Positions 17,313-26,264 of a DNA stretch of 64,000 nucleotides are shown here, piece by piece. The stretch covers positions 50,743 through 114,742 of the forward strand of contig JABJNO010000017.1 in assembly GCA_018664825.1 (NCBI GenBank). The letters run 5' to 3'. A model generated the notes under the pieces. It saw nothing but the letters and a program-made list of their open reading frames with translations, did not search any database and was not told the DNA's origin. This DNA is from Candidatus Parcubacteria bacterium. GTDB taxonomy: Bacteria > Patescibacteriota > Patescibacteriia > UBA1558 > GWA2-36-10. Both the position numbers and the translations under genes were made by a program. How positions within the stretch are numbered: position 1 is the first letter of the stretch; each line of letters opens with the position of its first letter.

Positions 17313-18230
17313 TTAGAGACTTGTTTTTATCCAATAATCTAATAAATCTTCCAAGTTTATGCCGGCGGTCAACAAGCTTTTTGGCAATAAAGAGTTTTTA
17401 GTGATCCCAGGGATGGTATTTATCTCCAAAAAATAGATGTTTTTACCCGAAATTATAAAATCAGAACGACTCAAGTGCCTGGCACCGATGGTCTGATGTG
17501 CAAGCAAGGCTAGTCTTTGGAGCTCACTAGATAGTTTTTTGTCTATTGGTGCGGGACAGATTTCTTCTACCAAATCTGGATCATATTTACTTTGGTAATC
17601 AAAAAATTTATTTTTGGATCGAATCTCAATAACAGGTAAGGCAAATTCTTTTCCTTTATCTTCTATGATGGACACAGTAAATTCGTCACCTTTTATATAG
17701 TCTTCTACCAAAATAGTCTGATCGTATTTCAAGGCTTCTTTTAGGGCCTTGTCTAGTTGGACTTGATTACGAGCAATATTGATACCAATAGAGCTACCAC
17801 CCGCCAGTGGCTTGATTACTACTGGTTTTGAATATTTTAGTTTTGTTTGTTTCAAAATTTGAGACCCAGGAGTCTTGATACCAGCTTTTTCAACTAGTAG
17901 TTTTGAATTTTCTTTGTTCATACCTATAGCGTGAGCCTCGATGTCTGAAAAAATAAAAGGCACGCCTAGTGTTTTTAGGTAGCCTTGGACTGCTCCGTCT
18001 TCTCCACCGGGGCCATGAAATATTGGCACAGCTACATCAAAATTTTTATATTCTTTGGAAAACGTATCCAAGCCTTTGGGAAAATCAAAGACTTTTACAT
18101 TGTAGCGTTTTCGTAAACTAGCCAAAACATTTTTGGCTGACTGCAAAGCAACACTTCTTTCTGAGCTATCCCCTCCTGTCAGGACAGCTATTTTTATATC
18201 TTTATCTTGCATATTATTTTTTGATTGCAA
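17313..18230 (-). CDS. ddl: D-alanine--D-alanine ligase
   Basis: ATP-grasp fold with Ddl motifs (IAVLTGGDSSERSVALQSA ... EINTIPG). Confidence 0.9.
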   Translation of the reverse strand: MQSKNNMQDKDIKIAVLTGGDSSERSVALQSAKNVLASLRKRYNVKVFDFPKGLDTFSKEYKNFDVAVPIFHGPGGEDGAVQGYLKTLGVPFIFSDIEAHAIGMNKENSKLLVEKAGIKTPGSQILKQTKLKYSKPVVIKPLAGGSSIGINIARNQVQLDKALKEALKYDQTILVEDYIKGDEFTVSIIEDKGKEFALPVIEIRSKNKFFDYQSKYDPDLVEEICPAPIDKKLSSELQRLALLAHQTIGARHLSRSDFIISGKNIYFLEINTIPGITKNSLLPKSLLTAGINLEDLLDYWIKTSL

Positions 18231-19008
18231 AACTTTGGATAGCCGCTCCTAAATAAGGAAATATTTTACTAAGAGTTTTACGTTCTAAGTTTAGGTGAAT
18301 TTTATATCTAGTTTGCCAAAATTTATTTTCAGACCTAGCAAAATAATCATAAGTATAAAAATCTATTATTTCAAAATTTGCTCGGACCAACTGATCTTTT
18401 AGTTGTATCGGAATGTAGCTTTCGGCATCTGGCTCTATCAGGTGAGATGGTACGGGCTTTTCTTTTGTAAAAAGATGAAATATTTTTGAAAATATTCTAT
18501 TTATTATCCAAAGATAGAAAAATGGGTTATAAAATTTAAGAAAAGTAGCATTTGGCTCTCCCAGCATCACAAATGCACCACCAGGCTTCAAAACTCTATG
18601 GGCTTCTGCAAAAGTCTGTTCAACAGCAAAAAAATGATGTAACGAGCCGTTGATAATCACCATATCAAAAAAATTGTCTTCGTAGGACAGATTTATTACT
18701 TCACTACAGTCGAGTTTGAGTTGAGGATATTTTTGGCGAGCAATTTTCAATACCTCTTCTGATTGATCTACACCGTAGACTTCGTCAGAAATTTGGAGCA
18801 AGCTATTGCTCAATCTGCCTGTACCACAACCCAAGTCAAGTACCTTGTCTGTTTTTTTATGTTTTAAAAATTTTTTGAGATTTTCAAAATTCCAAGCGTC
18901 TACTATTTTGGCGCTAGGAGTTTCTACGTGCCACTGATCATATTCAGAGGCAGTACGGTCATAATATTCCCGTTGTGCTGTACTTTTTTTAGAATACTTA
19001 TTGTTCAT
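18214..19008 (-). CDS. Class I SAM-dependent methyltransferase
   Basis: Motif I VLDLGCGTGRLS; overlaps ddl by 17 nt. Confidence 0.75.
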   Translation of the reverse strand: MNNKYSKKSTAQREYYDRTASEYDQWHVETPSAKIVDAWNFENLKKFLKHKKTDKVLDLGCGTGRLSNSLLQISDEVYGVDQSEEVLKIARQKYPQLKLDCSEVINLSYEDNFFDMVIINGSLHHFFAVEQTFAEAHRVLKPGGAFVMLGEPNATFLKFYNPFFYLWIINRIFSKIFHLFTKEKPVPSHLIEPDAESYIPIQLKDQLVRANFEIIDFYTYDYFARSENKFWQTRYKIHLNLERKTLSKIFPYLGAAIQSFAIKK

Positions 19009-19020
19009 TTTTGGATATGA

Positions 19021-19052
19021 GTAAGCCGCCTCGGTCTGAGACCGAGGCGGTG
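19021..19052. terminator. GC-rich hairpin (terminator-like)
   Basis: gccgcctcggtctgagaccgaggcgg, with a T-run on the plus side. Confidence 0.4.
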
Positions 19053-19056
19053 AGGT

Positions 19057-21180
19057 TTATTTTTGTAGTTCTTTGTATGCTTCTTCGATATCAAGTGCAT
19101 TTACTTCTTCCCAGTCATTTTCATTTAGGACCGTGATTTCGTCTGCTCCGAGTATGTACATATAGTCATCTAGGTATATGGCTCGTTTTACATTGTTCAT
19201 AGCCACAACTTTGACTAGTTTTAACTCGTTGTTTTCATAAGAAAATACATAACCACCCTTTCCTCCAGGCATAAAGAATACTTCGTGATCTTTGTCTAGT
19301 AAAAAGGCATGATGATTTCGTAAAACTTCGGAATCATATTCATCTAGTTGATATTTATCTACTTCAGTTGGGTTGTTAGGATCTGATACATCAAATAAAG
19401 AAACCTTTACTTCACGATCTTCTTCTCCAATACCAAGGATGATATCATCAGAAATTGGATGTAGGTATGATGAAAATCCAGGGATCTTTAGCTCACCTTT
19501 TATTTCTGGATTTTTGGGATCTGATAAATCAAGAACATAAAATGGATCAATTTGGCGGAAAGTGACTAGATAAGCCTTGTCGCCGATAAATCTAGCAGAA
19601 TATATTTTTTCACCTAGACCCATGTCTTGGACAGAACCGATTATTTGTAAGTCGTCATTTAAAACATAAACATCGTTGGCACTAGAGTCACTTGTGCGGA
19701 AATTAAAGTTTTCACCGATAGTGGTGGCAATCCTTAGGTTTCCTTTGTATTCGTCAAGAGAAAATTGGTTCAAAGGATAACCAGGAACCATGCCATTGCT
19801 ATCTACTTTAAATTTGTCCAAATCAATTTTTACGATTTCAGTTTTCAAGAGCTTGCGTTTATTTTTTTCAAAATAATCACTCATACGATTTTCCATTTCA
19901 TTTTCTACCAACATTCTTTCAGCCTCAGCAAGGGATTGTTGCCATTCGTCCAAAACAATCTCTATCTCCATCATTTTTGTAGTAGCATTCAAATCATAAC
20001 CCTTTAACTTGTCTAATTTGGCAAGAATATCAGCAGGCATCAAGTCAGCACCCTCTGAAGTCAAGAAATCAAATAGAAAATCAAACATGTTCATCTGGTG
20101 ATTGTAGGTGATGTATAGAGATTCGGTAGACATGTAGACAGTAGAAGTATATCCCATACCAACTAGCGAAGCGGTATTTTTGATATCACCAGAATCAATC
20201 TCTATTTTCATTGCAGTAAAGGTGGTATCAATAGGTAGGGCTGCGGCTGGATGATAAATATCCAAACACCTTACTTCTGGTCCACCAACAACAGGGTTAA
20301 AGGGGCATGGTTGAGACCTATTGATATAATTCTTCGTCACCAAGTATAATTCTTCGTCATAAAGTCTAGAAGTGACAATAGAGGTATTGTTGTCTAGTTT
20401 TATATTCCATAATTGAGTAGGATCAGTGGTTTCGGATACATTGTAAGCAGTGATTTCTTGACCATAAAAAACCAGCAAAGTATCTTCTTCCAAAAGTAGT
20501 TGGCCACCCTTTGCAGGGATAATGCCGTCAAGATTTAGATCTTTTACAGGCCAAGCATTGATAAGATTTACCCTGGGTTGTTGATAGTTTGGTGGTAGAT
20601 AGATATCTTCTGAAGAAATATCCACATCTATAAGAGGTTCAGCATAATAATAATATTGTTCTCCGGTATAAAAAATATGTTGGCCGTCAGTTTTTACAAT
20701 ATCTGGCTCATCTATATTGGCTACTTGGACATTGGTCTCGGATACTCGTCCAGCTCCGCCGGCTCCATCATCAAAACCAAACTCAGCACTTCCATTTGAT
20801 TTTAAAGCAGAATCAAATGCTATATCAGCTTCTTGAACAAACTCGGCGCGTGGTGAAGCCATACCACCGTACATAAAACTTCTCATTTCATCACCCTCTT
20901 CAAGATAGGCCAAAAAATCTTCTTGAGAAGCAAAAGATTTTAAACCTGGGGCAATGTTTTGTTTTTGAATATTTTTGATGTGCCCTTTTTTGACTTTTAG
21001 TTTGGAGTCAGTATCAAATAACCCTCCAGTAGCAATCCAAGCCAAGCATACGGCAGAAAAAAGGATCAAAATCATAACCAATACTTGAGTATGTCCAAAT
21101 CGTCCTAAAAACAGCTTTTTTTTGGCCTTTTTGGTACGTGGAACAGCTTTTTTTCTTGTTGTTTTTGTTGTTTTTTTCAT
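19057..21180 (-). CDS. Secreted, membrane-anchored beta-propeller domain protein (Beta_propel / COG4880-like)
   Basis: Basic N-terminus plus a transmembrane helix; C-terminal YVLDLSDPKNPEIKGELKIPGFSSYLHPISDD is typical of the archaeal/bacterial beta-propeller family. Confidence 0.55.
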   Translation of the reverse strand: MKKTTKTTRKKAVPRTKKAKKKLFLGRFGHTQVLVMILILFSAVCLAWIATGGLFDTDSKLKVKKGHIKNIQKQNIAPGLKSFASQEDFLAYLEEGDEMRSFMYGGMASPRAEFVQEADIAFDSALKSNGSAEFGFDDGAGGAGRVSETNVQVANIDEPDIVKTDGQHIFYTGEQYYYYAEPLIDVDISSEDIYLPPNYQQPRVNLINAWPVKDLNLDGIIPAKGGQLLLEEDTLLVFYGQEITAYNVSETTDPTQLWNIKLDNNTSIVTSRLYDEELYLVTKNYINRSQPCPFNPVVGGPEVRCLDIYHPAAALPIDTTFTAMKIEIDSGDIKNTASLVGMGYTSTVYMSTESLYITYNHQMNMFDFLFDFLTSEGADLMPADILAKLDKLKGYDLNATTKMMEIEIVLDEWQQSLAEAERMLVENEMENRMSDYFEKNKRKLLKTEIVKIDLDKFKVDSNGMVPGYPLNQFSLDEYKGNLRIATTIGENFNFRTSDSSANDVYVLNDDLQIIGSVQDMGLGEKIYSARFIGDKAYLVTFRQIDPFYVLDLSDPKNPEIKGELKIPGFSSYLHPISDDIILGIGEEDREVKVSLFDVSDPNNPTEVDKYQLDEYDSEVLRNHHAFLLDKDHEVFFMPGGKGGYVFSYENNELKLVKVVAMNNVKRAIYLDDYMYILGADEITVLNENDWEEVNALDIEEAYKELQK

Positions 21181-21213
21181 AAAAATATTTTAATTTTTAC
21201 AGTTGTCTAATTA

Positions 21214-21252
21214 TATCATAAAACCGCCTTGAACAAAATTGTTGGCGGTTTA
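21214..21252 (-). terminator. Rho-independent terminator after uppS
   Basis: aaccgccttgaacaaaattgttggcggtt, followed on the minus strand by a U-run. Confidence 0.5.
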
Positions 21253-21258
21253 TGTATT

Positions 21259-21978
21259 TTAGTTTCCTCCGAATCTTCTTTGGCGTTTATTGAATTCATC
21301 AATAGCCTTGTCTAGCTCACTTGCATCAAAGTCAGGCCAAGTTGTATTAGGAAAATATAGTTCACTGTACACTGATTGCCAAGTCAAGAATCCAGAAAGT
21401 CTTTTTTCTCCCGAGGTACGGATAATCAATTCAGGGTCAGGAGTATCTCCACTGTATAGATATTTACGAAATGATTTTTCGTTTAGCTCATCAGGACCTA
21501 TCTTATCTTTGATAATATTTTTGACAGCATTTAATATTTCTAGCCGACCACCATAATTTAGGCAGACATTGAGTAGGCCTTTGGTATTATCTTTGGTTTT
21601 TTCTTCAGCATCTATGATGCCTTGGCGTAGTTCATCATCAAAGGCGGATATATCCCCCATTATTTTTAGTCTAATGTTTCTTTTGGATAGTGTGTTTACT
21701 TCTTTTTTTACCAAAAGTTTAAACAAGTCCATTAAATAGGCAACTTCTTCTTTACTTCGATTCCAGTTTTCTGTGGAAAATCCATAAACAGTCAAAGTGT
21801 TTACACCTATATCAAAAGCATAGGTGGCCACGTCTTTTAGGATATCAAATCCTTTTTTGTGACCCTGAAGAGTTGTTAAGCCTCTTTTTTTGGCCCAGCG
21901 TCTATTGCCATCCAAAATAATACCAATATGTTTGGGTATAATTTTATCCATTTTTATTTTATACAGTTTCGTTAGCAA
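21259..21978 (-). CDS. uppS: Isoprenyl transferase / undecaprenyl-diphosphate synthase
   Basis: HIGIILDGNRRWAKKRGL and the C-terminal RFGG are hallmark cis-prenyltransferase motifs. Confidence 0.9.
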   Translation of the reverse strand: MLTKLYKIKMDKIIPKHIGIILDGNRRWAKKRGLTTLQGHKKGFDILKDVATYAFDIGVNTLTVYGFSTENWNRSKEEVAYLMDLFKLLVKKEVNTLSKRNIRLKIMGDISAFDDELRQGIIDAEEKTKDNTKGLLNVCLNYGGRLEILNAVKNIIKDKIGPDELNEKSFRKYLYSGDTPDPELIIRTSGEKRLSGFLTWQSVYSELYFPNTTWPDFDASELDKAIDEFNKRQRRFGGN

Positions 21979-22345
21979 GAGATTCTAATACAAATCTAGA
22001 AATAGCATAAGCGGTCAATATGATGATAAGTCCAATCAAACTAGCCGTCATCACTTCTTTACTTTTACCTGTTTTGTCTGCATTTCCACCTGAGGTCATA
22101 TAACTGATACCACCAAAGATAATGCCGACTGTAGCAACAATACCCAAAAATCCTAGGGCAATATTTATCACTCCAGCGATTGTATCTCGCAGGCTTCTAG
22201 TGCCAAGATTCACATCATCTATATCATCATAGCCCCAGTCTGCTGTTGATTGAGCTTGAGCCAAAAGTGGCATGGCTAGTAGCATAAAAGTAAAGTATTT
22301 TAGCAATGTTTTTTTCATTTTTTGATTAAACAGTCTCGTTGGCAA
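21959..22345 (-). CDS. VirB2/TrbC-like pilin candidate (signal peptide plus two transmembrane helices), copy 2 of a tandem pair
   Basis: Signal peptide ...LLAQA, then two hydrophobic helices; conserved C-terminus SRFVLESLANETV; 128 aa. Confidence 0.5.
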   Translation of the reverse strand: MPTRLFNQKMKKTLLKYFTFMLLAMPLLAQAQSTADWGYDDIDDVNLGTRSLRDTIAGVINIALGFLGIVATVGIIFGGISYMTSGGNADKTGKSKEVMTASLIGLIIILTAYAISRFVLESLANETV

Positions 22346-22685
22346 GAGATTCTAATACAAATCTAGAGACAGCGTAGGCTGTAAGGATAACAGCTAAGCC
22401 AATAACACCGGCGCTGATAATCTTTTTTGCTTTATCAATTTTGTCAGTATTTCCAGCTGAAGTCATCCATTCGAAACCACCATATAGAATAAGTAGTGTG
22501 GCAAGGATTCCTAAAAATCCCAAAGCTATATTGATAATACCAGCGATTGTATCTCGTAGACTTCTAGTACCCAAGTTGACCTGATCTAAATCATCATAGC
22601 CCCATTCTGCTACTGATTGAGCTTGAGCCAAAAGTGGCATAGTTAGTAGTGCAAAAGTGAAGCACTTTAATCCTATTTTCTTCAT
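22326..22685 (-). CDS. VirB2/TrbC-like pilin candidate, copy 1 of a tandem pair
   Basis: 119 aa; about 65% identical to the neighbouring gene and has the same architecture and the same C-terminal SRFVLESLANETV. Confidence 0.5.
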   Translation of the reverse strand: MKKIGLKCFTFALLTMPLLAQAQSVAEWGYDDLDQVNLGTRSLRDTIAGIINIALGFLGILATLLILYGGFEWMTSAGNTDKIDKAKKIISAGVIGLAVILTAYAVSRFVLESLANETV

Positions 22686-22702
22686 GGTTTTTTATTAAGT
22701 TA

Positions 22703-23251
22703 TTAAAATTCACCTTCCAAAACATGTAGCTCGGGATTATTATCAAGTCCCAAGGCTGTTGTTTCTAAGGTTATTACTATTTTGTTATAAGATAATAATA
22801 TTTCAGGAAGTTCGGTACGTTCATAACTCAAGACATAATAGTTGTCTTGCTTTGTCAGTTTACCAGTAGAGACAAAAGAGTTTGGGTCAATACCGCCAGT
22901 CAACCAGCCTTCATAAAATTTGTCATCTCCCGGATCTGCTAAACCTGCTCGTACAGAGTGTATGTATATATCTAGGCCGTTTGTTTTTAGATTGGCAGTA
23001 CCAGCACCACTATAGTCGCCAACAGCTTCTAAAACTGTGCTACGAGTGATCAAATCTTCAATTATTCGATCTTCGTCTATTGGTTGAGTTGAGATTATGT
23101 CATCATCGTCAGTGTCCTCTAATAGTTCAATGACACCTGTATTATCATTGGTTTTGGTGATATTTTCATCAGCATCTTTGGTAGTTTTGAAAACCACAAC
23201 TACTATTGCAAGTACTAATATAAAAATTATAAAATAATTTAGATTTTTCAT
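22703..23251 (-). CDS. Membrane-anchored extracytoplasmic protein (hypothetical)
   Basis: N-terminal transmembrane helix, an acidic linker (DDDDIIS) and a C-terminal globular domain of about 110 aa. Confidence 0.45.
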   Translation of the reverse strand: MKNLNYFIIFILVLAIVVVVFKTTKDADENITKTNDNTGVIELLEDTDDDDIISTQPIDEDRIIEDLITRSTVLEAVGDYSGAGTANLKTNGLDIYIHSVRAGLADPGDDKFYEGWLTGGIDPNSFVSTGKLTKQDNYYVLSYERTELPEILLSYNKIVITLETTALGLDNNPELHVLEGEF

Positions 23252-23406
23252 AGAATTATAGTTTATTTAACAGAGTGATTATACCAATTAAATTGCAATT
23301 TGCCAATGTTTATTGACCTAGTGTTATATTTATGGTATATGTATAAGTCGTTCTTTGCACTGTTAAATTAGTTGGAAGCCTTTCAAAACAAAGCCAAGGA
23401 GAAAAA

Positions 23407-23964
23407 ATGGAGCTATCAACCTATATTCAAGAAGCGTTGGATCGGATTCAAGAATCTGACCTAATCGAACCCGAAGGTGAAGTCGCACCTGATGAAGAGG
23501 TGCTCGGAGTGCTTCCTCTGGAAGCTCGCAAGATTGATGCCTTAAGAACTCAGTTGGTTGGAAAACTCAGGGCTAATCTCAAAGATTGTCCTGAAGGAAT
23601 CTGTAACGAGTCTTCGGAAGTCTGCGGACGCTGTGAAGAGTTCAAATCAATCCTAACCCTTTTATCCTGTAGGTTTATTGAATCCGTCAAGTATGAATTC
23701 AAAAACTACTTTATTGAGGGCATTGGCCTTCGTCGTGGCTGGGTGGCTGTAAGTCTCCCTGCTGAGCGTGAGCACTCTATGCCGGATATGGATATGTTAC
23801 CCGAGATACTGGGTGATGCTATCGGTATGATGGTGATTGGATCTGATGGTACCCAAATTGTCGGTAGTGGTAGCGACGGCATGGATGATTTTCCCACTTT
23901 TCCTGGCGAGGTTCATACCGGAACAATGCGTCGTGGGAAAAATGGCAAGGGTGGCAAAGGCTAA
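23407..23964 (+). CDS. Hypothetical protein (plus-strand, elevated GC, Cys-rich central motif)
   Basis: AAGGAG RBS; CPEGICNESSEVCGRCEEF; Gly/Lys-rich C-terminus; strong terminator downstream. Confidence 0.5.
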   Translation: MELSTYIQEALDRIQESDLIEPEGEVAPDEEVLGVLPLEARKIDALRTQLVGKLRANLKDCPEGICNESSEVCGRCEEFKSILTLLSCRFIESVKYEFKNYFIEGIGLRRGWVAVSLPAEREHSMPDMDMLPEILGDAIGMMVIGSDGTQIVGSGSDGMDDFPTFPGEVHTGTMRRGKNGKGGKG

Positions 23965-23971
23965 CCAAAAA

Positions 23972-24012
23972 CACCCCGTTAGAAAATATTTTCTAACGGG
24001 GTTTTTATTTTT
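23972..24012. terminator. Strong bidirectional rho-independent terminator
   Basis: ccccgttagaaaatattttctaacgggg flanked by A- and T-runs. Confidence 0.65.
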
Positions 24013-24524
24013 TATATTTTTTTGATTGATTTGAGAAAGCCGTAAGCTATCACACCGCCTATCAAAGCTGTCGCTAGCTGAGGCCAGCTCATCACCCCAG
24101 ATACTTTGGCTGCTATCGGAGCTTGGACTATCAGATTAACTACTATAAAACTAGTAGCCCACAAAAACACAAACTTCAAAACACTACCTACTACAATGCC
24201 ACCGAAAAAGTTTTTTTCTCTAAAATAGTTGAATCCCAATACATAAATAGCATTACTAATAATGATAAAAGGTATCATTGGGGCCAAAGGGGCTGGCAAA
24301 AGTCCAACACTCAAGGCAATGGTACTAGGAATCAAGCCAAATAAGACAGCATTTTGGACACCGAGTAAAGATACAGCGACTATCAAAACAGCATTTACTA
24401 TCGGCCCAGTGAGCCATTGTTGGTGAAATAACGGCAAGATGGATATTACACCGAGCAAAGATACATATTGTATCATGGTAATTTGCTGAGCTTTGCTCAA
24501 GCTCATAGTTCTTGTTAGAGACAT
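24012..24524 (-). CDS. Small polytopic membrane protein (ECF-transporter S-component-like)
   Basis: 170 aa with five hydrophobic helices; no specific motif recognised. Confidence 0.45.
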   Translation of the reverse strand: MSLTRTMSLSKAQQITMIQYVSLLGVISILPLFHQQWLTGPIVNAVLIVAVSLLGVQNAVLFGLIPSTIALSVGLLPAPLAPMIPFIIISNAIYVLGFNYFREKNFFGGIVVGSVLKFVFLWATSFIVVNLIVQAPIAAKVSGVMSWPQLATALIGGVIAYGFLKSIKKI

Positions 24525-24539
24525 ATTTTTATATTTTAA

Positions 24540-26264
24540 TTACTTTTTAGGGAATACTTCTTTTTTCTTTTTCATAAATCCAGTATGGCAAACATTGTGA
24601 ACATTTTTGTGATCAGCCAAGAATTCGTCATAAATTTCTTTGACTATTGGACTGTCATCCGCTAGGCGTATTTTTTTGTTGGTATCTACAGTATATAGTC
24701 CGGCGGCTCGTTTTTGGCGTATCTCATCATTTACTGGTACAGGTTGGCCTCCTCCACCGATACAACCACCAAAACAAGACATTACTTCTATATAGTCATA
24801 CTTGTTTGGTTGTTTTTTTAATTCTTCTATTATTTTGCGAGCATTTGAAATACCATTTACTACTCCTACACTGACTGTGTTACCTTTGATTTTTATCTTA
24901 GCTTCTTTGAAGCCTTCCATGCCGCGGACTTGTTTGAACTCTATACGAGGCAATCTTTTGCCAGTAATCATCTTGGCGGCAGTTCTCAAGGCTGATTCCA
25001 TCACACCACCACTAGCTCCATAAATCACTCCAGCACCTGTAGGTATTCCTAGTGATGAGTCCAATTTTTCAGGTTTAAGATTTTTGAAATCAATTTTATT
25101 TTTTCGTATCAAGTGAGATAGTTCGCGGGTAGTCAATACTTGATCAACTGGATAAATTCCATTTATTTTCATTTCTGGACGTTTTATCTCATATTTTTTG
25201 GCTACACAGGGCATTATAGATACAACGGTAATGTCTTTTGCTTTGAGGCCCATTTTTTGAGCCCAGAAAGTTTTTATCAGACCACCCATGATAATTTGTG
25301 GACTACGAACTGTAGTGAGGTTTGGTAACAATTCTGGATGATAAAATTCTGCAAATTTTACCCAACCCGGACAACAAGAAGTAAACATCGGCATCTCACC
25401 TTTGTTTTGGATACGATCTATCAACTCAGTAGCTTCTTCGATAGTTGTGACGTCAGCTCCAACGCTGACATCAAAGACATGCTTGATACCCAAGGCACGT
25501 ATAGCAGCGATAAGTTGGCCAGTGACAACACTACCTGGGGGCATGCCAAATTCTTCACCAATGGTACTACGGATAGATGGAGCAAATTGGAAGACGACTG
25601 TTTTTTTGGTATTCAAAAGATGTTTGTCTACACCCTCAAACTCACCCACGCCTTCAAAAGCTCCGACGGGGCAATGAGTCAAACATTGTCCGCAATATAT
25701 ACAGTCTTTATCTTTTTTGTCACTAGGCATTACTTCAAAAAACTTGCCTTTCTTTTTGTATTCTAAAAAATCAACACCAACTTTGTGACAAGCTTCTATA
25801 CACAACCCACAATCAATACATTTACTACTATCAAATTCCAAGGCTGGCCCAAATTTGTGAACAGGATGATGTTTTTTTCTATCAGTAAACTTGTTTATTT
25901 TTACTTTGTATTTTTTGGCATAATTACGGATTGTGCAATTTTGATAATAAATACAATCACTGCATTCTTCGCAGTGCTCACTAAAAATAAGTTCTAGATT
26001 TATTTTTCTAGCTCTTTTTATATTTGGAGAATCAGTAGTTATCTTCATGCCATCGCTTACTTCCGTACTACAAGAAGTGTGTAAACCATTCTTCCCTTTT
26101 ATTTCTACATTACAAAGACGGCAACTACCTTGTATTTTTAGATCTGGGTGATGACATAAGGTGGTAATATAAATATCATTGGCACGAGCTACATCCAAAA
26201 TACTCTGACCAGAGTCAGCTTTATATTTTTTTCCGTTGATTGTAATGTTTATTTTTTTTGGCAT
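24540..26264 (-). CDS. hydA: [FeFe]-hydrogenase catalytic subunit (N-terminal 2Fe-2S and 4Fe-4S domains plus H-cluster domain)
   Basis: H-cluster motifs TSCCPGWV, MPCVAKKYE and EVMSCFGGCIGGGGQP; the N-terminus has ferredoxin-like Cys clusters. Confidence 0.85.
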   Translation of the reverse strand: MPKKINITINGKKYKADSGQSILDVARANDIYITTLCHHPDLKIQGSCRLCNVEIKGKNGLHTSCSTEVSDGMKITTDSPNIKRARKINLELIFSEHCEECSDCIYYQNCTIRNYAKKYKVKINKFTDRKKHHPVHKFGPALEFDSSKCIDCGLCIEACHKVGVDFLEYKKKGKFFEVMPSDKKDKDCIYCGQCLTHCPVGAFEGVGEFEGVDKHLLNTKKTVVFQFAPSIRSTIGEEFGMPPGSVVTGQLIAAIRALGIKHVFDVSVGADVTTIEEATELIDRIQNKGEMPMFTSCCPGWVKFAEFYHPELLPNLTTVRSPQIIMGGLIKTFWAQKMGLKAKDITVVSIMPCVAKKYEIKRPEMKINGIYPVDQVLTTRELSHLIRKNKIDFKNLKPEKLDSSLGIPTGAGVIYGASGGVMESALRTAAKMITGKRLPRIEFKQVRGMEGFKEAKIKIKGNTVSVGVVNGISNARKIIEELKKQPNKYDYIEVMSCFGGCIGGGGQPVPVNDEIRQKRAAGLYTVDTNKKIRLADDSPIVKEIYDEFLADHKNVHNVCHTGFMKKKKEVFPKK

